Source of the DNA: Octopus sinensis
Taxonomy: Eukaryota
Assembly (NCBI RefSeq): GCF_006345805.1
Contig: NC_043016.1
Coordinates: 3,100,001 to 3,164,000, forward strand
Length of the DNA: 64,000 nt
Direction: 5' to 3'
The translations under genes were made by a program, and so were the position numbers. Below, in pieces: positions 41,819 to 53,150 of this stretch; the first letter of the stretch is position 1, and every line of letters starts with the position of its first letter. Under the pieces are notes generated by a model that saw only the letters and a program-made list of their open reading frames with translations, ran no database searches and was not told the origin of the DNA.

Positions 41819-42032
41819 GCGGCGAGCTGGCAGAATCGTTAGCACGCCGGGCGAAATGCTTAGCGGTATTTCGTCTGTCTTTATGTTCTGAGTTCAAATT
41901 CCGCTGATGTCGACTTTACCTTTCATCCTTTCGAGGTCGATAAATTAAGCAACAGTTGTGTGCTGGAGTCGATTTAATCGACTGGTCCTCTCCCCCAAAA
42001 TTTCGGGCTTTGTGCCTACAGTAGAAAAGAAT
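41819..42032 (+). mobile_element. SINE family 1
   Basis: GCGGCGAGCTGGCAGAATCGTTAGCACGCCGGGCG..GAGTTCAAATTCC..CTTTCATCCTTTCGAGGTCGATAAATTAAG..GTAGAAAAGAAT. Confidence 0.9.
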
Positions 42033-42284
42033 ATTAGTTATTATTCATGATACTATTATCAGACATTAGGCAAAGAGCTGCATAATCAAATATATGTATT
42101 CTTGGAGAACTACGTTGCGCCGACGAACAAACACCTGTAACGAATAATAAATAAATGTCCAACCGTACTCCTTCTTCTTGAGTCCAATTTCTTCCATTTT
42201 ATACACATGCGCACGCGCACGCGCACGCACACGCACGCGCACGCACACGCACACATACATACATACATACATATATACATACAT

Positions 42285-42437
42285 GGAGGTGCGGTAAGTA
42301 GCTTGTTTACCAACCAGATGGTTCCAGTTCAGTCCCACTGCGTGGCACCTTGGGCAGGTGTCTTCTACTATAGCCTCGGGCCGACCAAAGCCTTGTGAGT
42401 GGATTTGGTAGACGGAAACTGAAAGAAGCCCGTCGTA

Positions 42438-42484
<47 letters not shown>

Positions 42485-42724
42485 ATATATATATGTGTGT
42501 GTGGTGTTGTGTCTGTGTTTGTGCCCCTAGCATTGCTTGACAACGAGTGCTGGTGTGTTTTATATCCTCGTTATTTAGCGGTTCGGCAAAAGAGACCGAT
42601 AGAATAAGTACTGGGCTTACTAAAGAATAAGTTCCGGGGTCGATTTGCTCAATTAAAGGTAGTGCTCCAGCATGGCCGCAGTCAAATGACTGAAACAAGT
42701 AAAAGAGTAAAGAGTAAAAGAGTA
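42285..42724 (+). mobile_element. SINE family 3 (CORE-like domain, internal TA/TG microsatellite, AAAGAGT tail)
   Basis: GTTCAGTCCCACTGCGTGGCACCTTGGGCAGGTGTCTTCTACTATAGCCTCGGG (CORE-like); 3' CAGCATGGCCGCAGTCAAATGACTGAAACAAGTAAAAGAGT; matches 49773-50172. Confidence 0.88.
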
Positions 42725-43276
42725 TACATATATACATACATAAATATTGTTTCAACGAAGTCGCGTGTTGTTCTTGCGGAGTAGATGAAACGCGGAGTAG
42801 ATGAAACAAGGACAACTGAAGAAGGGGAATATTCTTTATGTTTTATGTCTCGTTTCTCTGTGTGTTTTTTTTTCGTTGTTCGAAAAAAGTGAGTTTCTAT
42901 GCTTTTGTTTTTATGTTTTCGTTTCTCATTGTGTTCGACGTTTTTCTTATGTCCTGTACCCATATATGCATGTGTATATATACATATATATGTAGGCATG
43001 TACATATATGTATGTATATATGGATATATTTATATATTATTTATATTATTATATGATCGAACGCCACACATACTTTTCCAAGTAAGTTACATATATATAT
43101 GTATGTATGTGTGTGTGTGTATATAATATATATATAATAAAGGGAATAGAAAGGAATTGTGTTGCCTATATGCTGAAACTAGACGCTAAATCGTCACACC
43201 ACTTTAAAAGTCATAAAGTTACACACGAGTTGAAATAGAAGCAGCAAGCTAACGGAAACTAATAACAGTTTAGATA

Positions 43277-43333
43277 GCCCAGGATTAGCTACTTTCTGGA
43301 TTTGCCGAATTGCTTTTCCTTCTTCAGCAGAGC
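43277..43333 (-). ncRNA. Degenerate type I hammerhead-like motif (left arm)
   Basis: GCUCUG-CUGAAGA-AGGA..UCCA-GAAA-GUAGCUAA-UC-CUGGGC; canonical core with mismatches in stems I and III. Confidence 0.55.
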
Positions 43334-43481
43334 ACACATACAGGAAATTAGATACTTATACATACCCACAGGAAAGCAAAACGCAAAGCCACAAATACAT
43401 ATAAATACACTAGATACCTCTGACAACAAATTTAGCAGCTCGCCTCAGCAACATGTGTATTCGGTCGCATATGCATTGTGT

Positions 43482-43538
43482 GCTCTGCTGAAGAAGAAAA
43501 AGCCACTGGGTAAATCCAGGAATTAGCTAATCCAGGGC
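43482..43538 (+). ncRNA. Degenerate type I hammerhead-like motif (right arm)
   Basis: GCUCUG-CUGAAGA-AG..UCCA-GGAA-UUAGCUAA-UC-CAGGGC; stem I pairs, AUUAGCUAAU palindrome, GAAA changed to GGAA. Confidence 0.55.
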
Positions 43539-43744
43539 TTTCTATATTGTTATTAATCTCCGTTAGCTTGCTGCTTCCATTTCAACACGAGTGCAACTTT
43601 GTGACATTTTAGTGGTGAGACGATTTATCGTCTACTTTCTGCTAGAAAATTCGTTTCTATGCTCTTAATTATATAGACAATCGGTATTTTTTTATATGCT
43701 GTCCACTAAAACTCTTTCAAACAACTTTATCCTTTGTTATTGTA

Positions 43745-43986
43745 TACTCTTTTACTCTATTACTTGTTTAGACATTTACAGTGGCCATGGCTGGAGCAAC
43801 ACCTTTTAGTCTAACAAATCGACCCCAGGACTTATTCTTTGTAAGCTTAGTACTTGTTCTATCGGTTTCTTTTGCTGATCAGCTAAGTTACGGGGACGTA
43901 TACACACCAGCATCGGTTGTCAAGCGATGTTGGGGGACAATACACAACACACAAACATATACACACATACATATATATATATAATA

Positions 43987-44079
<93 letters not shown>

Positions 44080-44168
44080 ATATACATATATACGACGGGC
44101 TTCTTTCAGTTTCCTTCTACCAAATCCACTGACAAGGCTTTTGTCGGCTTGAGGCTATAGTAGAATAC
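43745..44168 (-). mobile_element. SINE family 3, 5'-truncated, internal (TA)n
   Basis: ACGACGGGCTTCTTTCAGTTTCC..ACCAAATCCAC..GAGGCTATAGTAGAA plus the reverse complement of the family tail. Confidence 0.8.
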
Positions 44169-44289
44169 TGAACAAAAGAAAATAAAACGGACAGTTCAAA
44201 AATTAGAATGAAAAACGGAAGAAATAAAAATATGGTTCCAAATGGCAATACTATTATTATTATTATATATTACTGTTATATATATGCGC

Positions 44290-44438
44290 AGTTTCTGTCC
44301 ACCAAATACACATAGACGGCTTTAGTTGGCCTGAAGCTGTAGGAGAAGACACCAGACCAAAGTTCCACACAGTGGAACTGAATCCGGAACTACGGGGTTG
44401 GGAAGCAAGCTTCTTACCACGCAGCTACCCCTGCGCCT
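44290..44438 (-). mobile_element. SINE family 3 head and CORE portion
   Basis: GGTTGGGAAGCAAGCTTCTTACCAC..CCTGCGCCT is the reverse complement of the tRNA-like head. Confidence 0.7.
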
Positions 44439-44586
44439 ATATATACATACATATTACTATATGCATGTCTGCTGATATGTATATATGTATATAGGATGTT
44501 CAGAAGTAAGACTTATAGATAGGGTGACAAACAAATACCTAAATGGATCTCTCTCTCTCTCTCTCTCCTCTCCTCTCCTCTCTCTC

Positions 44587-44631
<45 letters not shown>

Positions 44632-44634
44632 CAA

Positions 44635-44670
<36 letters not shown>

Positions 44671-44688
44671 CATACACACACACACAAC

Positions 44689-44720
<32 letters not shown>

Positions 44721-45411
44721 ATGGTGTATGTACATATGTGTGTATATATACGTATATTGTTCGTTGAATCGACTATACACACACACATATATATATACAT
44801 ATATATACATATATATATAGGAGAGAGAGTGAGGGGGGGAAAGTGGGAGAGAAGAGAGTTATATCTATATGCATAAATATACATATGTATGTGTGTGTGT
44901 GTGCATATATATTCACATATAGATACATACATATACATACACGAGTTCCTCATCTACCATTTTATCTTAACTTTTGTTGGACAGGTGTAAGTGATTATAT
45001 ATCTTTTTAATTCGTCTCTAATGTTATATCAATCTGACTTTTACTATTCGGCTCCAGGTATGTTTGGTATGGAAAGACAGACATACGTACAAATTGATTT
45101 TCTTTATGACATTTATCATGATTCTCTTCTAAAGACTAGTGACCCAAAGTTGAACTTTCGGAAAACAGCTTTTCGATATTTATCTAGTAAATAGTTAAAT
45201 CAAACTTATTATGTGCTGAGATTCCGTGTGAAACAGATACACGTGAACAGCAGAGCTAGTTAGCTATGAAAGCATACACTACACTGTATTACGAAAATAT
45301 ATACCCCTCTTTCATTTATGCATATATTTCAGTGTTCGCTATCTATCGTTTTCTCTTAATGAATTTTTCTTTCTATAATATACACACATAATGCAATCCA
45401 TATAGGCTTGT

Positions 45412-45540
45412 GTGTAAATTTCGCCGATATCGACTTTGCTTTACATTCTTTCGGGGTCGATAAATTAAGTACCAGTCGATCTAATCGACTGGCCTCTTCC
45501 CCCCAAATTTCGGGCCTTGTGCCTAGAGTAGAAAATAATA
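45412..45540 (+). mobile_element. SINE family 1, 3' part
   Basis: TCGACTTTGC..TTTCGGGGTCGATAAATTAAGTACCAG..GGGCCTTGTGCCTAGAGTAGAAA. Confidence 0.8.
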
Positions 45541-45550
45541 TAGGCTTGTG

Positions 45551-45587
<37 letters not shown>

Positions 45588-46129
45588 GTGTGTATGTGTG
45601 TGTGTCGGTGTGTATCGGTGTGTGTGTGTGTGTGTGTGTACTTTATCTAAGTTCATCTCAAGAGACTTCAAACCATTCGCCGTCTGTTTGAATTAAGAGA
45701 GTTCTCGGTATTTGCAAATGTGTGGTTGAGTTGGAGCGTTGGTTGAGCGTATTGTGGGATTTTCCCTAGCCTTCCTGTTGTGCTGGTATAGGTCTTGCTT
45801 AAGTTCAGAGTCCACTAGAATTTTTCTCGATAGTTTCACCATCTATAATAGCTGACGCCGTGTTCTTTCATCGCCATGGTTTATGTATAACACTTTTCTA
45901 CGTGCTATGCTTTTCACTGTTTCTGTGCATTTACCCCAAGAAAATAACTATTTCTTTTATTGCATTAATGGCAAAAATCATAAGGTATTATTCAGGGTGA
46001 TAAATAGGCTCCTATGCTGGCGTGTCTGTATTCTACGCTATAGTTTTAATAATTTAAATTCTCCCTTTGAAGGAGCTGGTTTTGTAATAAAGATACAAAG
46101 CTACATCATTGGAATGTAGATAAAAACAA

Positions 46130-46407
46130 TGTCACATTTTAAACCCGAGAAAAATCTTGCATAGTTTTACTGTTCCGCTTACACATCGTATTTGTAATGT
46201 GCGAGTCATTGGTTTGATATCTTTTTCTGAAAATCCAAGCTTATCCAGACTGACAAATAGGAATTTACTCACAAGACCAAGTGCACCAGTTATTACTGGT
46301 ATAAATATAAGTTCGTAATATGCATACAGATCCTGACGGTCTCAAAGCTGTTGTCCATAGTTACCTTTTACTCTTTTAAGAGATATTCACATCAATAGGA
46401 CAACTGC
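46130..46407 (-). mobile_element. 3' coding fragment of a second RLE non-LTR lineage
   Basis: Manual translation: SCPIDVNIS..YELIFIPVITGALGLVSKFLFVSLDKLGFSEKDIKPMTRTLQIRCVSGTVKLCKIFLGFKM*. Confidence 0.7.
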
Positions 46408-48157
46408 CTGTATGTATGTATATATGTTTGTATGTATGTATGTGTGTATGTATGTATGTATGTATGTATGTATGTATGTATGTATGTATGCATGCATGCA
46501 TGTATGTATGTATGTATGTATGTATGTATGTATGTATGTATGTATGAATGTATGTATGTATGCATGTATGTATGTACGTATGCATGTATGTATGTACGCT
46601 TGTATATATGCATGTATGTATGTATGCATGTACGTATGTATGTATGTATTTATGTCTGTATGTATGTATGTACGTATGTATTACGTATGTATGTATGTAC
46701 GTATGTACGTATGTATGTATCTATGCATGTACGTACGTACGTACGTATGTATGTATGAATTTTTGTATGTATTTATCTATGTATGTATTACGTATGTATG
46801 TATGTATGTATATATGTATGTACGTATGTATATATGTATGTACGTATGTATGTATGTATGAATATGTAGGTATGTACGTATGCATGTATGTATGTATGTA
46901 TGTATGTATGTATGTATGTATGTATGTACGTATGTATGTACGTATGTATGTATGTACGTATGTATTACGTATGTATGTATGTACGTATGTACGTACGTAC
47001 GTATGTATCTATGTATGTATGTATGTATGTATGCGTGTGTATATGTATGTATGAATGTATCTATGTATTTTTTTCTAGTTTCAGCTCAGAGCTGCGGCCA
47101 TGCTGATGCACCGCCGTTTATGTATGTATGTATTTATGTATTTATGTATGTATGTATGTATGTATGTATGTATGTATGAATGTATGTATGTACGTATGTC
47201 TGTATGTATGTATGTATGTATGTATGTATGTATGTATGTATGAATGTATGTATGTATGTATTTATGTATGTATGTATGTATGTATGTATGTATGTATGTA
47301 TGTATGTGCGTATGTATGTATGTATGTACATATGTATGTACGTATGTATGTATGTATGTATGTATGTATGTATGTATGTATGTACGTATGTATGTATGTA
47401 TGTATTTATGTATGTATGTATGTACGTATGTATTACGTATGTATGTATGTACGTATGTACGTATGTATGTATGTATCTATGCATTTACGTACGTACGTAC
47501 GTATGTATGTATGAATGTATGTATGTATTTATCTATGCATGTATTACGTATGTATGTATGTATGTATATATGTATGTACGTATGTATATATGTATGTACG
47601 TATGTATGTATGTATGAATATGTAGGTATGTACGTATGCATGTATGTATGTATGTATGTATGTATGTATGTATGTATGTACGTATGTATGTACGTATGTA
47701 TGTATGTACGTATGTATTACGTATGTATGTACGTATGTACGTACGTACGTATGTATCTATGTATGTATGTATGTATGTATGTATGCGTGTGTATATGTAT
47801 GTATGAATGTATCTATGTATTTTTTTTCTAGTTTCAGCTCAGAGCTGCGGCCATGCTGATGCACCGCCGTTTATGTATGTATGTATTTATGTATTTATGT
47901 ATGTATGTATGTATGTATGTATGTATGAATGTATGTATGTACGTATGTCTGTATGTATGTATGTATGTATGTATGTATGAATGTATGTATGTATGTATTT
48001 ATGTATGTATGTATGTATGTATGTATGTGCGTATGTATGTATGTATGTACGTATGTATGTACGTATGTATGTATGTATGTATGTATGTATGTATGTATGT
48101 ATGTATGTATGTATGAATGGATGGATGGATGTATGTATGTATGTATGCATGTACGTA
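46408..48157. repeat. Compound (ATGT)n/(ACGT) tract with a 753-bp tandem duplication
   Basis: The marker TCAGCTCAGAGCTGCGGCCATGCTGATGCACCGCCG occurs at 47081 and 47834 with matching flanking variant patterns. Confidence 0.9.
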
Positions 48158-49535
48158 TGATGGTGTTCTGTATTGCATTCAGAAACTGCAGATACGGTGT
48201 TTACGTCCATTATCGAACCTCTGGCAGCATATTTGAAATCAGGTGCCTCGCTGCAAAAGCAAAGGTATTTTCCTCTATCATAAGAGACCTTTTGTATGCA
48301 GATGATTGTGATCAAGTAGCACACACAGAGATTGATATGCAATACATTTTGAATGCATTCTCTGATGCTTGCACTGCCTTAGGATTGACAGTCAATCTCA
48401 AGAAAACTGTTGTCATGCATCAACCTGCCCCTGGTAAGCAGTATAGTGTACCAAATATCTACGTGAATGTTAAACAACTGGGATGAAGTGCTGGGAAGCA
48501 CTATTAATAGATATGGCAATGTGGATGATGAAGTTCCATATAGAATTAGGAAAGCAAGTGATGCTTTCGGAAGTCTAGAAAAGCGCCTCTGGAGTCAGCG
48601 AGACATATGCAGAAAGACAAAGATAAAGGTGTACAAGGCATGTGTTCTTCCTTCTCTTCTCTATGCTTGCGAGACGTGGGTCACATATCGATACCACCTT
48701 AAACATCTGGAACGTTTCCATCAGATGTGCCTCAGACGGATCTATAGCATTAAGTGGAAGGACCGAATCAGTGATCTTGAAATACTCGAAAGCTCTCGGT
48801 GTGAAAGTATAGAAGCTCTTATGTTAAAGCAAAGGCGCAGATGGAGTGGTCATCTGGTCAGAATGAAGGATTCAAGGATGCCAAAACAACTCTTTATGGA
48901 GCGTTAGCTAAAGGAGAACGACCTCCACATAAACCAAATAAGAGGTATAAGTATTTGCTGAAGGCTTCCTTAAGAGATGCTTGCATCTCTCCTGACACAT
49001 GGGAAGGCATAGCTATTGATCGTAGCAGATGGAGAAGGATTATGCATGAGGGGACAGCCACGTTTGAGAAATCTCGAGTTGCACATGAGAAGGTAAGGAG
49101 GGATATCGGGAAGGGCATCGCTGTTACACTTCCAGAAGGGAAGGGTCTTCCTTTGAATCTGACATGCAATGTCTATGCAAGACCCTGCCCCAGTAAAGCT
49201 GGACTCATGAGTCATCTTCGTAGTCATAAAACGAGACAGATGAGTGACAACCTGGCCACTGGTGGTGGTGTAACACACCATACTAATCATATCTGTCGGG
49301 CATGCGGAAGAGAGTGTAATTCGACAAGAGAGTGTAATTCGACATGCAAAGGTACATGAAGCCCAGTTACAACTTCAGCCGGCTATTACCAGTAAAGGTT
49401 TTAGTTGCCAATTTTGTACAAGACATTGTAGATCTTTAGCTGGGCTAAAAAGTCACATTCGATCACAGCACCAGTAACAGTTAAGCTTCGTGCAATGGCT
49501 ATACTCGATAAAGAGGGGGCAGCCATAATAATAAT
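48158..49535 (+). mobile_element. 5'-truncated RTE/BovB-like LINE with C-terminal C2H2-like fingers
   Basis: IRDLLYADD, VNLKKTVVMHQPAPG, LGSTI, LLYACETW, LERFHQMCLRRI, RWSGHLVRMKDSRMPKQL and YGALAKGER; frameshifted; short 3'UTR and (AAT)3-4 tail; (ATGT)n on both sides. Confidence 0.9.
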
Positions 49536-49772
49536 GTATGTATGTATGTATGTATGTATGTATGTATGTATGTATGTATGTATGTTTGTATGTATGTATG
49601 TATGTCATTGCTCAGTTTTATTTCCAGGTTTCTTGCCAATAAAGAAAGAATCAATTTCTAAACTAGATCCAAGGCTTCTTCAATGGAATTTCCACTTCAG
49701 CAACAGTGTATTTTTGATTGTATGCATGTATATGTGCAGATTTGTATGTTTTGCTTTTTCTATGTATATTTA

Positions 49773-50172
49773 CGCAGGAGATGCTGTGTGGTACGTAGCT
49801 TGCTTACCAGCCACGTGGTTCCGGGTTCAGTCTCACTGCGTGGCACCTTGGGCAACTGTCTTCTACTATAGCCTCAGGCCGACCAGAGCCTTGTGAGTGC
49901 ATTTAGTAGGCAGAAACGTGTGTGTGTTTGTGTGTGTGTGTGTGTTTGTGTATGTGTGTGTGTGTGTGTGCGTGTGTGTGTGCGTGTCTGTGTTTGTCCC
50001 ACACCATCGATTGACAACCGATGTTGGTGTGTTCACGGTTCGGCAAAAAGAGACCGATAGAATAAGTACTAGGCTTACAAAAAATAAGTCCAGGGGTCGA
50101 TTTGCTCGACTAAAGGCGGTGCTCTAGCGTGACCGCAGTCAAATGACTGAAACAAATAAAAGAATAAAAGAA
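49773..50172 (+). mobile_element. SINE family 3 with internal (TG)n
   Basis: GGTTCAGTCTCACTGCGTGGCACCTTGGGCAAC..GGTTCGGCAAAAAGAGACCGATAGAATAAGTACT..GCAGTCAAATGACTGAAACAA. Confidence 0.88.
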
Positions 50173-50189
50173 TTATGTATATCTAGACA

Positions 50190-50745
50190 TGCTCATATAT
50201 TTAAATGATGATTTTCTCGGAAGTTTTATAGATTTCTACAATTCCAGTGATAGATTTGATCTGCACTCTTCGAATTAGCTTTCTCCTTTCCGGTTTTGAG
50301 AAGCCTCATTTCTCAAGATTGGTATTTCGGCAGTGTGCTACATATTTCAGGGTCTCAATAATTACACGTATAAACCTGAACTTGTAATCTGGATAGAGTA
50401 ACTGCAGATTTCTCAATACTTCAGCATAGGTGTTCTCTTTTTCACTAATCTTCAGCTTTACGTTATCATTCACTGGACAGCTAATTTCCACAACTGTGCA
50501 CAGTTTCTCTTCTCTATCCCAGCTCCGTTATGCTAACATTTTATTGAGGGCTTCACTTGGACATTCCATCAGTATTCCTTTTTATTTTGAGTGGTTATGG
50601 CTTCTACCATACTGTGGTTTCTTATTTCTTTGTCTTTGGGATTATCCTTCAGACGGATTTCATTATAGAGTATCCTAGCTACGATATCATGTAGATAATA
50701 CCCTGATGACATTTTCGGACAACTGCTTATGATGTGGGTGATATG
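50190..50745 (-). mobile_element. 3' coding fragment of the second RLE non-LTR lineage
   Basis: ITHIISSCPKMSSGYYL-HDIVARILYNEIR, DREEKLCTVVEISCPVNDNVKLKISEKENTY and YKFRFIRVII; homologous to 46130-46407. Confidence 0.75.
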
Positions 50746-51192
50746 CATGCATGCATGCATGTATTTAGGTATGTATGTATGTATGTACGTATGTATGTAT
50801 GTATGTGTGTATGTATGTGTGTATGAGTGTATGTATATTTGTATGTATGTGTGTATATATGTATGTGTGTATTGTGTATGTATGCATGTGTGTATGTATG
50901 TATGTATGTATGTATGTGCATATGTATGCATGTATATATGTATGCATCAATTTATGCATGCATGCATGCATGTATGTATGTATGTATGCATGTATGTACG
51001 TATGTATGTATGGATGATGCATGTATACATGCATGTATGCGTGTGTATACGTGCGTAGATGCATGTGTGCATGCACGTATGCGTGTGTATACGTGCGTGT
51101 GTGCGTGCATGAGTGTGTGTGTGCGTGCCTGAGTATGTGTGTGTGTGCATGAGTGTATGTGTGTGTGTGTGTGTGTGTGTATGTGTGTGTGT
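50746..51192. repeat. Compound (ATGT)/(ATGC)/(GT)n tract
   Basis: Directly visible. Confidence 0.85.
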
Positions 51193-51797
51193 TCCCATAG
51201 AAACACCTATACAGAAAATTTGTACTTAAGGATAAGTATATATCTTCTATATTCGCAAATCGTCGAATGAACATGTGCCAATGATTCGCAAAAAGTCTGT
51301 CCTCTGAAAGTAGACAGTTTGGAAAAGCGGAGGAATAGTAAAACCTTAGTTGATATAAGTGTTGAAGCAAAGTTGTGATGGAAAATAAGGAATAAATTTT
51401 GATTTGTGAAAGTTCGTGGTTGGAGGCAGGGGAAAAAATTAAAATAATGGTTAGATTGGGAAGCAAAAAAAGAGATGACTACCCACGGTTTTTACCCTAT
51501 ACTACCATATACTTCTACGTAGCAGAACTCTCTTTTTCAATTGCTTTTCTTCCCTCCCTGAAAAAGAGTTTTACATAAATGTCTACAGCTTTCTAAAAGC
51601 TTTGCTGGGATAGGTTAATATTTTAATTTTGTTTGTTTCATACATCAAGGCACGAATATTCCATTGTAGCAAACCCAAGTTTTGTACGATTGCCGCCATG
51701 CTCATTATGGAAGAACACGATAGGTTCATCTCTGACTTGTTTCACATAACCACAGTATTCATTTCTATTTCTATCATCTAATACCTCAGCCGTGAAT

Positions 51798-52112
51798 ACG
51801 CGTAGCTTAGTGATAAGGGTAATCGGCTGACGATCCAACGGTCATGAGTTGATTCCTGGTGGCGTGTTGTGTCCTTCTGCCAGACACTCTATTTTACGTT
51901 ACACCAGTTCCTTCAGCTGGCAAAAAATGAGCTGTACCTGTATTTCAAAGGTTCGACACTGTTCCGTTCTATGTCACACTGAATCTCATTGAAAACTTCG
52001 TTACGAGTATGCGTGTCTGTGGAGTGCTCAGCAACTTGCATGTTAATTTCACGAGCAGGCCGTTCCTTTGATCGAATCAAATGGAACCCTAGTCGTCGTA
52101 AGCGATGGAGAA
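51798..52112 (+). mobile_element. Old SINE with the family 2 3' half but a different head and central region
   Basis: The 3' half TGTACCTGTATTTCAA..GTGTCTGTGGAGTGCTCAGC..GTTAATTTCACGAGCAGGC..GGAACCCT matches family 2; the 5' half does not. Confidence 0.7.
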
Positions 52113-52149
52113 CAATTTTTTTCGTTAATATCTCAGCCAGTGTTCTTGT

Positions 52150-53150
52150 TTTCTCCATCCTCCTGCATTCCTTAAAATCTCACTGAGCTTCACTTTGATC
52201 TCTCTATTTCTCTTTCCACCCGAGACAAACTAAATTCATTATATCCTTTCCTCAATTCCTCCAAGTAAATTTGCATGTTATGTAGCACCGATTCGTACTT
52301 CAACCCTAAAATAAAATAATAATAAATCTAAAACACATTTTTAATCTAAGTTACCCTCGATTAGATGTGGAGCCAAGTCAGTCCATCACTGCTATCACTA
52401 GACATTCTGGCCAATGAGATTTCACAGTCCTTTATTTACTATCCATCACCGTAGCATTGACACATGCAATACGTACAACTTCGATTATCTGCTATCTGAG
52501 CACATTGGTATTCCAAAGCTTCCTCTATTATCACTTTTCTTCTTCAAAGGATATTAAAAAATTCCATAAACTTTTAGTTAGTAGCTACTTAAACATATAT
52601 ATCTTGGTATTTTGAAAAGTGCTTACCGCACATTGCTTTTGTCTCATATCGTACCCACACCAGTCATAAGATACTCTGTCACACGTGAACTTAGAGAAAC
52701 CCTACAAATTTAGCGGCGAGCTGGCAGAAACGTACGCACGCCGGGCGAAATGCCTAGCCGTATTTCGTCTGCCGCTACGTTCTGAGTTCAAATTCCGCCG
52801 AGGTCGACTTTGCCTTTCATCCTTTCGGGGTCGATAAGTTACGCACTGGGGTCGATGTAATCGACTCAATTCCTTTGTTTGCTCCCTCTATGTTTAGCCC
52901 CTTGTGGGCAATAAAGAAATAAGAAACCCTACAAATTAATGAAGTAGAACATCGCTTTGGTGATCGCGTTCGCGAGTACCTTCGCAGCATTCTTCTCAGT
53001 ACTCCAGCCCCAGCCGTGACCAAGGAATACAATGCAGATAGCTACTTCATTAGCCGCACGTCTCTTCCCGGAATAATCGCGCAACATGGGACATCACACT
53101 CCAAGAACTATAAGAAATATCTATCTTACATTTGAACGAACGCTTATCCT
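52150..53150 (+). mobile_element. Decayed Penelope-like element remnant interrupted by a SINE
   Basis: SFHPRQTKFIISFPQFLQV (like PLE SxHPxxxKxxIPxSQFLR) near 52210, and QINEVEHRFGDRVREYLRSI (like YIGETxRxLxDRxxEHLR) near 52930. Confidence 0.5.
52711..52921 (+). mobile_element. SINE family 1 (alternative 3' end) with 16-bp TSD
   Basis: AGAAACCCTACAAATT at 52695-52710 and 52922-52937. Confidence 0.92.

Larger units (their letters stand above)
43135..43672. mobile_element. Fold-back element with ~170-200-bp diverged inverted arms beside (TA)n, each arm with a degenerate hammerhead-like motif
   Basis: 43172-43338 aligns to the reverse complement of 43477-43641 (for example GAAGCAGCAAGCTAACGGA / TCCGTTAGCTTGCTGCTTC), roughly 80% identical by eye. 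Confidence 0.8.

Noticed and set aside
42745-42962. Another PLE-type terminal repeat with a 16-bp tandem duplication (GCGGAGTAGATGAAAC x2) and CTGAAGA
   Set aside because: No complete hammerhead topology can be drawn and there is no second copy in the window; left unclassified.
46376-48160. MYVC/HTYI repeat proteins
   Set aside because: They are translations of (ATGT)n; the same applies to 32653, 50727-51206 and the YI-repeat ORFs.
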